Positions 17,694-27,409 of a stretch of DNA of 64,000 nt are shown here, piece by piece. The stretch's first letter is position 1; each line of letters starts with the position of its first letter. The translations under genes were made by a program, and so were the position numbers. The notes under the pieces are model-generated. The model did no database searches, was not told where the DNA came from, and saw only the letters and a program-made list of their open reading frames with translations. Source of the DNA: Planctomycetota bacterium (GTDB lineage Bacteria > Planctomycetota > UBA8108 > SXIK01); contig OZ244999.1 of NCBI GenBank assembly GCA_965223265.1, forward strand, positions 3,776,001 through 3,840,000, read 5' to 3'.

Positions 17694-18233
17694 TTAGTTG
17701 AGCACGCTCGACTCTTCGTGCTCGCACCCAGCATCCAGACAGCCGCTGTGGTACCACGAAGACTCATGCTCAGTGACCTCGCCACCCGCGAGCATACTCG
17801 ATACCAACATCTTACCGCACGCAGCGCAGCGTTCATTGAGATCGGGAACCTTGACGACCGTCTCCGCGACGACCACCACTTCGCACTTCTGCGTTGCTTC
17901 GCTGTAGTCGGCAACCTCTCGACGAGAACATTCCGCGAGCAGGCTCTGAATCTCGTGAGCCAGACTCTCCGGGATCTCGACGGTCGCCTCTTCTGCCACC
18001 GCGGCTTCGAACTCTTCGATCTCCGTCAGACCGTTTTCCGCTCGTTCCTTCGGGGTGTTCTCGGCGTCGAAGAACTCGTCCAGCTTGCGGATCAAATACC
18101 GCTGCGACACTTCCAGGCGGTCGATGCGCTCAAGGAGGTCTTCTTGCCCTTCGGAGACGCGCTTTCGAATGGACGTCAGCTCGATCAACTGGCGACGGAT
18201 TTCACGTTCGAAATCGTGCTTGCTCCAGACCAT
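17694..18233 (-). CDS. Coiled-coil protein with C-terminal CxxC...HxxC zinc-finger-like motif
   Basis: Acidic coiled-coil N-terminus; CAAC-x22-HSGC with WYH. Confidence 0.65.
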   Translation of the reverse strand: MVWSKHDFEREIRRQLIELTSIRKRVSEGQEDLLERIDRLEVSQRYLIRKLDEFFDAENTPKERAENGLTEIEEFEAAVAEEATVEIPESLAHEIQSLLAECSRREVADYSEATQKCEVVVVAETVVKVPDLNERCAACGKMLVSSMLAGGEVTEHESSWYHSGCLDAGCEHEESSVLN

Positions 18234-18255
18234 GTTTTCCTACCGCATTCTTTAG

Positions 18256-18318
18256 CAGCCGGATGAAAAGTTGCCCCGAGCCAACAAATGGTCTCTTCGT
18301 CTCCGACGGCTGTCAAAC
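18256..18318 (+). mobile_element. Decayed left half of the palindromic MITE-like element
   Basis: TTAG|CAGCCGGATGAAAAGTTGCCCCGAGCCAACAAATGGTCTCTTCG aligns by eye with the left arm of the 23441 copy and the reverse complement of the 58107 copy. Confidence 0.6.
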
Positions 18319-18641
18319 CACTCCGTACGTGCCCAACGATCAAACAATCAATCAGCTTCGGAGATTGTTGTATCAGGTTGGGCGCCTCACTTCACTTCTG
18401 AATCAGGCCGCCTCAGACGCGCGGCACGATTTCGCACGCCGCCGCATGAATCGCAACAAGGTAGAACCCCAAATCCGCACCTGTTGTGACTTGTCTAACG
18501 TGCCTGATTCCAGGTCGAAATTCTATCGAACGCCTGTGCGAATTCCTAACCAAAAAGCCTGTTTTGGCGGCGTCGAACGCGGTACCGGTAATCGTCCGGT
18601 CGTACCAGAAAGCCGCAGCGACATCGGCGTCGACCGACACC

Positions 18642-19679
18642 TCAGGGCGCAAAAAGCGGTTGGGTCCAGGCATACTCGCCGCGGCTCGAGACGACGCGAG
18701 CGCGAACGTACTTGTCACCGGCGCGAAGAGTGTAAGACGAGCTCAACTCCTTGACGCGAGCGAGGACGCGCCCCCCTTGACCAATGTAAAACGTAGTGAA
18801 CTTCGTGTCGCCCTCCTTCTCTACCTCGACGCGTAGCGTACTGTCTTCATGGGCGAGGTCGGCTAAGGTGACACCGGTCGAACAGTAGTAGTTGCCAGCT
18901 TCGAACGCGGTGCGAATTGCACTCCGCGTTAGCTCCGCAGCCCGCACCATGATCCATCCCTTGCCAGGATTTGACTCCCGTGGTCCCCAGGTCTGGAAGT
19001 TGTGAGCGTCATCGACCGCAACCCCAAAGATCCGCTGACCTCTACTGAGGAGGTCATCCCACATCTCCTCAAGACTCGGATACCCACCGCCACCAAAGTT
19101 GTGGACACCGGGATGGCCGTTGAAAATCTCAAAATGCTTGAGCCCCTTGATTCCAGCGAGGTCGTCCGCCGAGAGCGACCAGCGGAAGTTGGGATGATTC
19201 ACATGAGGGATGCCACCGGCAGCGTGGATCGCATCGACATTACGCTGCAGGGTCTCGCGCACGGACCCACCGCGCCGAGGACCAACGACACGGTTCGAAT
19301 CGACCGCGTTGATATGGACCTGCACCTCATCGAAGCGATCGGTCACCTCCTCCCCGGGGATCAGCAGAAATGGCCTTTTGCCGCGAACATAAACTTCGCG
19401 ATCGAATTCGCGCTGCAGCAGATCGATCTGAGTGTAGTAGTTGTGATCGCTGAGGACGAGAAAATCATATTCGTGGTCTCGATACCAATGGGCCACTTCG
19501 CCGGGCGCACTGTCGCCGTCAGAGTTGAGCGTGTGGGTGTGCGTGTTGCCCTTGAACCATTTCAGCTCTCCAGCGCCTGACGTTGCGATAGCGCTGTGGT
19601 GAAAGCGCACCGCGATCGCCGCAAGAACGAAAAGCAATGCCATCACAAATAGGCGGATCGGTGAACCACGTGAATCCAT
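18642..19679 (-). CDS. PHP-domain metallohydrolase (CehA/McbA-like)
   Basis: KGNTHTHT, SDG, LSDHN, GEE, NHP and DDAH metal-ligand motifs; signal peptide. Confidence 0.88.
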   Translation of the reverse strand: MDSRGSPIRLFVMALLFVLAAIAVRFHHSAIATSGAGELKWFKGNTHTHTLNSDGDSAPGEVAHWYRDHEYDFLVLSDHNYYTQIDLLQREFDREVYVRGKRPFLLIPGEEVTDRFDEVQVHINAVDSNRVVGPRRGGSVRETLQRNVDAIHAAGGIPHVNHPNFRWSLSADDLAGIKGLKHFEIFNGHPGVHNFGGGGYPSLEEMWDDLLSRGQRIFGVAVDDAHNFQTWGPRESNPGKGWIMVRAAELTRSAIRTAFEAGNYYCSTGVTLADLAHEDSTLRVEVEKEGDTKFTTFYIGQGGRVLARVKELSSSYTLRAGDKYVRARVVSSRGEYAWTQPLFAP

Positions 19680-19945
19680 AGCGGTGCTCCTTGTCGCACT
19701 CTCAGCTGGTTGATGGAACGCTCAGCATACTCCGTTGCGACGCTACGAACAACGGTTCGCGGCATCGTGCACGAAAACCCGGCGGGAAAAAAGACGTAGC
19801 GGGGGTGGTGGTGACGTGGTTCCATCGACTCGGCGAGGTGAATCAGCGGAGTTGAGTTGAGTCCTATTGGCAGCCGGGCGCTGAGCGCGTCCGCGCGGGC
19901 GTCGAGAGACCCATCGTCGGACGTCAAACCGTTCTCATCGCAATC

Positions 19946-22900
19946 ATGCAGTCGATCTCAGAACGATCGAGGGCGATGCCTCTGGCCGTTTTCTGGCAAC
20001 TCGTGCTGACGTTGCTTCATGCCTCAGTGCTGAGCGACGTTACCGACGATCTGGAGTGCGCCGGCGGCCTGCGCTCGCTGCGCGCCCCTGTGCGCCTGCC
20101 CCTCGAAGCACCTCAGGGCATTACCATCGACGAAGGTACAGACACGCTCTGGATTTCGTCTGCAATCTCTTACTCGCTTCTGCAAGTGGACCGTCAGCTA
20201 CGCGTTCTCGGTCGACTCGACGTTCCCTTTCCTCCGATTCTCGGCGGCGGCATCACCGGCGTCGCCTATTTCGAAGCTGCCGATTCGTTTTTCGTTGCCA
20301 ATCCGCGTCTCGGGGAAGTCTGGGAGATCGATCGCGGTGGCGAGGCAACGGGGAGAGTCCTGCCGCTAAGCCAGACGACCACAGAGCCGCTGCCGGAAGT
20401 CTTCCCGCGGGGCATCGCGTTCGACGGCTCAGGAGATTCCGGCGCCGGGTCGATCTGGGTCATCGAGGCAAGCTCGGCGGCGATCCTAGAGATTGGACTC
20501 GCAGGAAGCGGAGAGGTCCTTCGCTCGTTCTGCCACCCCGACGACAGTGACGGCTGCAGCCTGGGCAGTCAAACGACATTCTCACGCGACGTCGGCATCG
20601 TCTCTAGTGCGGGTGGCGACGCGATCACGTTTGAGGTCATCGGCGGTGTCCCCGGGGCTGAAGTGCTGCACCGCGTATCACTCAGCGGCGAAGTCATCCC
20701 ACCCAGCTTGCCGCTGCGCGTGATCGGCGGCAGCCCCGGCGGTTTCGTGCGCGATCGCATTGCAGAGGCGGGTGGGGGACTCGTCGACGTCTACTACGTC
20801 ACCGTCGAATCGAGCGCTGAGCTGCACGTTTTGGAACGCGTAACGCCGAAGCTTCTCCCGATCACCGAGTTCGCTTGCCGCTCGACTTCCACAGACGTCG
20901 AGTTGTCCTGGCGCAACTACGACGCGTACGAACGGATCGAGCTCTATCGCGACGAGGAGCTCGCCGCCACCCTCGCGGGAACGACTGCAACGCACATCGA
21001 CCCCTCGCCGAGGCACGGAGTTCTTGACTACCGCGTGCGCGCGGTGTCCGGCGAGTGCACAACCGACGCGCGGTGCACCGCGGTGATGGGCGCCGGACGC
21101 GTCATGCGGTCGGCACCATTCGACTACGAAAACCCTTTCGACATGACACAGGACGCAGACGGGAATCTCTGGGTCACTACGGCAGACGAAATCGTGCGCC
21201 TCGACCGCGAATTGAACCTGTCGGCACTCCTTCCCGGGCCATTCACGGACGACTCAGCGCTGGTCACCGGCATTGCGTTCGACGAGGACCGCGGTGTGTT
21301 GTACGTCTACGACACTGTGTCGCACAGTATCACCGCGATCGAGGCGACCTCAGGAGACGTCGTCGACGAACCGTTCCCTAGCGGTCTGCCTCCAGACCCC
21401 GAAGTCTCTCATTTCGTCACCAAGCTGCTCTTCGATGCAGACGGAGCCGGCGGCGAGGGCACTTTCTGGCTCTTGGACACTTCAGACGGCGCTCTCGAGG
21501 AGCGCTCGCGTGCGGGCGAACTCCTTCGGCGCTGTCCGGTCCCCGGCCGTAGCCAAGGACTCACTGCCGAGGATGAACCGCGACTACCGCCCCTCGCCGG
21601 TCTGTCGGGGGCTGAGCCGCGCGGCTTTACGAGGCTTGAGTTTGCCACGGCGGACCTTCGCGCGCCTCGCGTCGACCGCATCGTCGAGCTCGACATCGCT
21701 TCCTGCTCTACGACCGGCCAGGAAATCCCGCTTGCTGGAATTGCGGCGAAGGCTTCACTGCAGCGGCTAATCTATCACCGCAGCCGCGTTCCCGATATAC
21801 CACCCACGGCGTACGTCGTGAGCGGATTCGCCGCTGAAAGGAGCGTCCACGCGATCGACGTCAGTCGCCCACCCGTCCCCCATCCGTCAAATCTTTCGTG
21901 CGCTCAGCTCTCGTCGCAGCCGAGTGCGGACATCGAATTCGACTTCGCCGTGAGCGTCGATGAAATCGAAATTCGGCGTGACGGCGAGGTCATTGCAGTG
22001 CTTCCAGGAGAGCAGCGCCACCATGTCGATGTCGACGTTTCCCTCGGCGAGCACCACTATTCGGTGCGCGGCCGCATCGGCACGCAGTTTGGCGACGAAC
22101 GCACATGCTCACTCGTGATCGGACCCGGCTCGCTTGCGTCCTACAACTTCGACGCACCATCCGGTGCGCTCACGCACCAGGTCGTCTTCGATTCGCAGCG
22201 CGAGGAGTACATCGCCGCGGCGTCTTTGCGGCGATTTGCTGGCGAGCTCCGCGTCTTTGATCGCGCTTTCGCTCCGCTGCGCAGTCTGCCCTCACCGTTC
22301 GTCGACCCCTTCGTGATCGCTGCATTAGCGCTGCGCGAAACCTCTCCGAACGGTGAAGGTGAGACAGGCGTGGAACTCTACTGCTTGGGCTGGCAGCCGG
22401 GGGCGCTTCCGGGCGCTCAGAGAGTACTCCCAGTTCGCGTCGTCGACGGGGCGGGCGCCACGATGCGAGCCTTCGAGATCGCGCCTCCTGAACCACGTGG
22501 CAGCTTCGTCACCTTTCCTAGCGGTATGGCTTGGGACGCAGCGACAGATACGCTGTGGTATCTCGAGCGCAACGCGGCACAGGTCGTCAACGTCGATTTG
22601 AACGGCACGACGCTCGCAAGCTTTCCACACCCAGCGCCGATTCACCAAGATGGAGTGCAGAACTTCGGCATCGCCATCGCGTCTCATTTGAACACGCTCT
22701 ACTTGACGAGCGCTGATGTACTGGATCAGCACATCTCCAAAATCGTCGAAGTGAGCCGCAGTGGCCGTTTGACGGGAGTTGAGATCCCAGTCAATCCACT
22801 CGGCTTCTACGAGAACATCCGAGGATTCACGCTCCTCCCCGACGCGACACAATTCGTGGTCGCCGCTTCTGGCTCTGGCAACTTCGATTGGCTCACTCAT

Positions 22901-23416
22901 CGAGCGTTCGCTCCGGTGCCTCCCGTCCGTGATCTCCGCTCGATAAGGGTCAACGACAGCGTCGAGCTCGAGTGGTCAAACGCAGCCGTCTACGAGGCGG
23001 TTGCTGTTATCCGCGACGGAGTCCGCGTTGCCACACTCGCCGGGGAGTCAAGCGCGTGGACGGACCACTCACCGCTCACGACCGTCAGCACCTACCGAGT
23101 TGCGCCCCTGCTAGGACAGCTTGAAGGGCCTGGGGTCGTCTGCGAAACGCCAACGCCGCGCCCCTTTCTACGCGGTGATGCCGACCCAAACGGGTCGCTC
23201 GACATCGCAGACCCCGTCGCCATCCTCAACTATCTCTTCCTCAGCGCTACAGAGATCGCATGTCTCGACGCTGCCGATGGCAACGATGACGGCAGCGTCG
23301 ACATCTCCGACCCGATCGGCCTTCTCAACTTTCTGTTCGTCGACGGCACGCCGCCGGCCTTCCCGCATCCGCTTGCAGGGTTTGATCCGACCCCGGACGA
23401 GCTCGAGTGTCGCTGA
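19946..23416 (+). CDS. Large secreted beta-propeller/Ig(FN3)-like repeat protein with C-terminal dockerin-like domain
   Basis: Three propeller + 'VELSW..IELYRD..ATL.G' modules; C-terminal RGDADPNGSLDIAD...CLDAADGNDDGSVDISD duplicated Ca-binding loops. Confidence 0.85.
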   Translation: MQSISERSRAMPLAVFWQLVLTLLHASVLSDVTDDLECAGGLRSLRAPVRLPLEAPQGITIDEGTDTLWISSAISYSLLQVDRQLRVLGRLDVPFPPILGGGITGVAYFEAADSFFVANPRLGEVWEIDRGGEATGRVLPLSQTTTEPLPEVFPRGIAFDGSGDSGAGSIWVIEASSAAILEIGLAGSGEVLRSFCHPDDSDGCSLGSQTTFSRDVGIVSSAGGDAITFEVIGGVPGAEVLHRVSLSGEVIPPSLPLRVIGGSPGGFVRDRIAEAGGGLVDVYYVTVESSAELHVLERVTPKLLPITEFACRSTSTDVELSWRNYDAYERIELYRDEELAATLAGTTATHIDPSPRHGVLDYRVRAVSGECTTDARCTAVMGAGRVMRSAPFDYENPFDMTQDADGNLWVTTADEIVRLDRELNLSALLPGPFTDDSALVTGIAFDEDRGVLYVYDTVSHSITAIEATSGDVVDEPFPSGLPPDPEVSHFVTKLLFDADGAGGEGTFWLLDTSDGALEERSRAGELLRRCPVPGRSQGLTAEDEPRLPPLAGLSGAEPRGFTRLEFATADLRAPRVDRIVELDIASCSTTGQEIPLAGIAAKASLQRLIYHRSRVPDIPPTAYVVSGFAAERSVHAIDVSRPPVPHPSNLSCAQLSSQPSADIEFDFAVSVDEIEIRRDGEVIAVLPGEQRHHVDVDVSLGEHHYSVRGRIGTQFGDERTCSLVIGPGSLASYNFDAPSGALTHQVVFDSQREEYIAAASLRRFAGELRVFDRAFAPLRSLPSPFVDPFVIAALALRETSPNGEGETGVELYCLGWQPGALPGAQRVLPVRVVDGAGATMRAFEIAPPEPRGSFVTFPSGMAWDAATDTLWYLERNAAQVVNVDLNGTTLASFPHPAPIHQDGVQNFGIAIASHLNTLYLTSADVLDQHISKIVEVSRSGRLTGVEIPVNPLGFYENIRGFTLLPDATQFVVAASGSGNFDWLTHRAFAPVPPVRDLRSIRVNDSVELEWSNAAVYEAVAVIRDGVRVATLAGESSAWTDHSPLTTVSTYRVAPLLGQLEGPGVVCETPTPRPFLRGDADPNGSLDIADPVAILNYLFLSATEIACLDAADGNDDGSVDISDPIGLLNFLFVDGTPPAFPHPLAGFDPTPDELECR

Positions 23417-23440
23417 GTGATGGGTGAACCTCGAGTTTAG

Positions 23441-23599
23441 CAGCCTGTTGAAAAAGTGCTTCGAGTCGAAAACTGGTCGCTTCGCGTCCAGATCGGCCGC
23501 GGCGAACGTAGGTAATCTCCGCGATTATCGAGGCTCGCCGCGGTCGATCTGGGCGTGAAGAGGCCAGTTTCTCGGCCGAATGACTTTTTCAACGGGCTG
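23441..23599 (+). mobile_element. 159-bp palindromic MITE-like element, full copy
   Basis: Terminal inverted repeats CAGCCTGTTGAAAAAGT / ACTTTTTCAACGGGCTG flanked by TTAG on both sides; arms complementary over ~65 bp; homologous copies elsewhere in the window. Confidence 0.88.
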
Positions 23600-23615
23600 T
23601 TAGCCATTCTGCACA

Positions 23616-23770
23616 TCAAAGTAGCAGGCACGCTCTCCGAGGCTGTGAGTTCTTCGATCGCGCCAGAGAAACTCAGGGGCACCTCCGGAACGGCACACGG
23701 AGTGTGCCTGCTACTTTGAAGAGGCGGCGGCAGGTCTTGATAGTAGCAGGCACACTCCGTGTGCCGTTCC
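23616..23770. repeat. Cluster of three GTAG-type REP sequences (GTAGCAGGCACACTCCGTGTGCCGTTCC)
   Basis: Partial + copy at 23621, full - copy at 23687-23714, full + copy at 23743-23770; GTAG followed by GGCACAC-TCC-GTGTGCC hairpin. Confidence 0.85.
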
Positions 23771-23918
23771 GAAAGCTCAGCGTGGGGCGTGACCGGGAGT
23801 TACGCTGGCAGGTTCCAAAACTTCACAGCCGCTCCTGCATGCCGTAGTGTGAAACAAGAGCGACGGTGTACGGGAGCGTGCCGGCCGCGGGTTGATCGTG
23901 GCCACGCGGCCGGAGATT

Positions 23919-25448
23919 TCAAGGCGCCGCCGTCGCTTCGAGTAGCCGGGTAAGCTCGCTGCGGAGCTCCGCCAGCTTCGACATGGCAGACTCCTCGCGC
24001 ACAAGGTTCTTGAGCTCGAAGGGATCGGTGCCAAGATCGTAGAGCTCATCCATCCCTTCCAGCGTTGGGTACCGAATCAGCTTCCAACCCTCGGTGCGCA
24101 CCGCTTGCCAATCGGGAACGCGAGGCACGATCTCTTCGAGAAAGTGCTCGGCGAGAATCGACTGGCGCCATGGCTGCCGCCCACGGCCGAGAAGCGGGAC
24201 AAACGAGCGTCCATGGATCGGCTCCGGCCAGTTGACTCCGGCGAGCTCGAAAAGAGTGGGCGCGACGTCAACGCTAAGAAGAAGTTCTGTACGCTCGATG
24301 CCAGCCGGGATGCCCGCCGGCCAGCGCAGCACAAACGGCACACGCAGGCACTCGTCGTACGCCCATCGTTTCTGGTTGAACTCACCGTGCTCTCCGAGGA
24401 GATAGCCGTTGTCGCTCGTAAACATGACGAGCGTCGAGTCGAGGAGACCGCGGGTAGAAAGCACGCTCAGGATCGAGCCGACGCCGTCGTCGATGGAGGC
24501 GAGGCAGCGCATGCGGTCGCGAATGACCGCATCTCGGTCCCGCGGTCGACCGCGGCGCGGCTCACCGCGCTCGGGCGAAGAGTCGCGCAGATAACGCCAA
24601 ATCGGCTGCTGCGTCTTCACCTTGCGGCGCATGGCCGGTTTGCCGCTGAGATCGTCATCGGCACTCGGTGGGGGAGAGTAGACGACGTCAGCGTAGAGAT
24701 CATCATGTCGATTCGCAGGTAGATACGGTGCGTGCACCGCCTTGTGCGAGACCACAAGACAAAACGGCTGGCGGCGGTGCTGGCGTAGATAGTCCGTCAC
24801 CCAGTCGTTCAAGAGGTCGGTGGCATAGCCGGTCGTCTGCTGGCGATGCCCGTTGACGTTGACCACCGGGTCGATGAATTCGCCCTGCCCTTTGAAGCTG
24901 ATCCAATGGTCAAATCCGGGTCGACGGCTGTCGTCGAAGCCCATGTGCCATTTGCCGATAAACGCCGTCTCGTAGCGCGCCTCCTCGCGCAGTATGCGCG
25001 GAAACGTCATCAGACGATGGCTCAGTACGTCGAGTCCCTGCTTGTCGTTGTTGATGACTCGGTGCGAGTGAGGATAGAGGCCGGTGAGGAAGCTGGCGCG
25101 ACTCGGCGAGCAAAGCGGTGAGGTGACGAAGAAGTTCGTGAACCGGGCCCCTTCACGAGCCAAGCGATCGATGTGGGGTGTCTTCATCGAAGGATGCCCG
25201 GTGCAGCCGAGTGCGTCGGCACGCAGGTCATCCGCGATGATGAAGACGAAGTTCGGTTTTGTCGGTGTGGCCCTGGAATCGTCGACGCCAGCGCCTCGGG
25301 CGTTCCTGGCGAGAAGGCCAAGCAGAACGGCGAGGCCGAACGCAAAGACATGCCGGAAGCGGTCTACTTGCAAAACGGCGGACGGGGATAGAGTGAGTCT
25401 GTGCGCGCTGCGCGCTCTCTGCAGTGGCGAGATCGTCGTTGGTATCAT
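23919..25448 (-). CDS. Formylglycine-dependent sulfatase (S1)
   Basis: PNFVFIIADD, CSPSRASFLTG, GKWH, HKAVHAP and TSDNG motifs. Confidence 0.95.
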   Translation of the reverse strand: MIPTTISPLQRARSAHRLTLSPSAVLQVDRFRHVFAFGLAVLLGLLARNARGAGVDDSRATPTKPNFVFIIADDLRADALGCTGHPSMKTPHIDRLAREGARFTNFFVTSPLCSPSRASFLTGLYPHSHRVINNDKQGLDVLSHRLMTFPRILREEARYETAFIGKWHMGFDDSRRPGFDHWISFKGQGEFIDPVVNVNGHRQQTTGYATDLLNDWVTDYLRQHRRQPFCLVVSHKAVHAPYLPANRHDDLYADVVYSPPPSADDDLSGKPAMRRKVKTQQPIWRYLRDSSPERGEPRRGRPRDRDAVIRDRMRCLASIDDGVGSILSVLSTRGLLDSTLVMFTSDNGYLLGEHGEFNQKRWAYDECLRVPFVLRWPAGIPAGIERTELLLSVDVAPTLFELAGVNWPEPIHGRSFVPLLGRGRQPWRQSILAEHFLEEIVPRVPDWQAVRTEGWKLIRYPTLEGMDELYDLGTDPFELKNLVREESAMSKLAELRSELTRLLEATAAP

Positions 25449-25571
25449 TCCGCGAGTCTAACCGCGCCGTCGAAGTTGAGCGAGAGGCAGATCTCTCCGG
25501 CCCCTCGTTCTGCGCGAAAAAGATCCGGCCGCGAATCTCACGTTGTTCGTTCGATCCCGCATGCGGCACGA

Positions 25572-26273
25572 TCAAGGCGCTTCTGCCAACGCCGCCGCAA
25601 CGTCGTGCAAACTCTCAACGACCCAGTCCGCCGCCTCAAGGTGCGCAGCGGCAAACGTATTCGTCACGGCAGCACAGCGCATGCCCGCGCGCGCCGCGGC
25701 TTCGACGCCGCGCGGGCTATCCTCGATCACGAGGCACTCCGAGGCCGAAAGATCTGGCACGCCCTGCCGCTGCAGTTTCTCCAGCGCCCGCAGGAAGGGT
25801 TCCGGATGCGGCTTGGAGCGGACACCGTCACTGGACGAGACGATCACCGGAAAATGTCTCTGCAAGCCATCACACTCAAGAATCGTCACGATCTCGTCGT
25901 GAAAAGCGCCGCTAGCGATTGCCAACGCTACGTGGTCCGCCGCGGCGTCGATGAGCTCGGTCACTCCGCCAAAGAGGCGGACTTGTCCGAGTCGATCTCG
26001 ATAGATCCTGCCTTTTCGTGCCACGATCTCGTCGCACAACTGGGGCGAGAGGGGCCGCCCGGCGGCCTCGAACGCCAGGTGGACGCAGCCTTCATCGTTG
26101 ACGCCGACAAAGCTCTCAGCGTTCTGCTGCGGCGAAATCACAATCCCCTCAGGCTCGAGCGCAGCATGCAGCGCGTCGTAGTGGTGCGGTTCGGTGTCCG
26201 CCACAACCCCGTCAAAATCGAACACCAGCGCCCGCAAGCCACGACAGACCGCACGCGACTTCTCCCAGATCAT
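25572..26273 (-). CDS. HAD superfamily phosphatase (beta-PGM/CbbY-like)
   Basis: FDFDGV, SKPHPEP and IEDSPRG motifs. Confidence 0.92.
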   Translation of the reverse strand: MIWEKSRAVCRGLRALVFDFDGVVADTEPHHYDALHAALEPEGIVISPQQNAESFVGVNDEGCVHLAFEAAGRPLSPQLCDEIVARKGRIYRDRLGQVRLFGGVTELIDAAADHVALAIASGAFHDEIVTILECDGLQRHFPVIVSSSDGVRSKPHPEPFLRALEKLQRQGVPDLSASECLVIEDSPRGVEAAARAGMRCAAVTNTFAAAHLEAADWVVESLHDVAAALAEAP

Positions 26274-26296
26274 GAGGTTCTTTTCTCCACCTCGAC

Positions 26297-27379
26297 TCAG
26301 GAGCGTTCCCGCGGCGTGACGACGTCACGGATCAAACTTGCCCTGAGCCCCCAAACACCGTCGGGATCGACAGTCTCGGCGGCGCGCAGATCAGCGATCG
26401 AGCTCGCGGCGTCTTTCAGCCGCGCGTGACAGAAGGCGCGAAGAAACAAACCTTCGAGCCGAACGCGCGCCGTGATCTCCTTGGCGAGCAGTCGGTCGAG
26501 CACCTTGACCGCGCCCTCGGTTTGCTTCAGCGCGATGCGAGTTCGCGCCAGCGCCAGACTTGCCTGGTGAATCTCGGCGGCCTGGTCGCCCGACGTGGTG
26601 TCGACCACTTTTTCAAAGTGCCGAGCCGCTTCTTCCGCCTTGCCCGCGGCGCGGTACATGTCGCCGAGGTCGAGATGCACACCACTGGCGTCAGGGTGAC
26701 GCTTGAGGAAGGCCTCGAGCAATTGAACCGCTTCTTCGCCGTTTCCAGCGGCAAACAAAGCGCGTGCGTACACTCGCTGAGCGTCAGCATCGTCCGGCGA
26801 TTCGGCCGCCGCAGCGCTGAACTTTTTCATGTCGGCGGAAGACTGAATCGCTTTCGAAGCCTCCGAAAGAAAGGCCTCCGGCGGCCGGAATCCGACGATG
26901 CGCTTGATCTCGGCACCCGACGGCGAGAGAAAAAGAATGGTGGGATAACCCTCGACACCGTACCTGGTCCGCAGGTCCGCCCTCTTGTCGCCATCGACCT
27001 TGACGGAGATCAGGCGATCACGCACAAAGCGAATCACGGACTCGTCGCCGTACGTCTCGCGGTCGAGTTTTTTACAAAAGCCGCACCACGTGGTCCAGAA
27101 ATCGACCATGATCGGCCGCGACTCCTTCTTCGCCGCCGCCACCGCAGCTTCGAAGCTCGGCTGCCAGGTGATTCCAGAGTCGTCCGGCGTCGCAGCGTCT
27201 TCAGTCTTTGCCGGCGCCGGCTTCGCCTCTTCACTCTCAGCCACTGCGAGCGCCCCTGAGCCGAAGCTGAAAAGTATGATCCAAATCACGAGGCCGCGAT
27301 CAAAGAATCGCCGCGGGAGAGTGCTCCCCTCGAAGTCTGTCTTCTGCGCAACTGGGCTTCCCTGAGGCGTACAGTGCAT
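26297..27379 (-). CDS. Exported thioredoxin-fold protein with TPR repeats
   Basis: WCGFC active site, cis-Pro GYPT, C-terminal TPR helices. Confidence 0.88.
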   Translation of the reverse strand: MHCTPQGSPVAQKTDFEGSTLPRRFFDRGLVIWIILFSFGSGALAVAESEEAKPAPAKTEDAATPDDSGITWQPSFEAAVAAAKKESRPIMVDFWTTWCGFCKKLDRETYGDESVIRFVRDRLISVKVDGDKRADLRTRYGVEGYPTILFLSPSGAEIKRIVGFRPPEAFLSEASKAIQSSADMKKFSAAAAESPDDADAQRVYARALFAAGNGEEAVQLLEAFLKRHPDASGVHLDLGDMYRAAGKAEEAARHFEKVVDTTSGDQAAEIHQASLALARTRIALKQTEGAVKVLDRLLAKEITARVRLEGLFLRAFCHARLKDAASSIADLRAAETVDPDGVWGLRASLIRDVVTPRERS

Positions 27380-27409
27380 CGTGCTACTCGCTTTCTTCGA
27401 TTGCTTGCG

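Noticed and set aside
18331-18383. Imperfect hairpin GCCCAAC...GTTGGGC upstream of the zinc-finger gene
   Set aside because: Single bulged stem with no recognisable RNA family or U-tract; insufficient support
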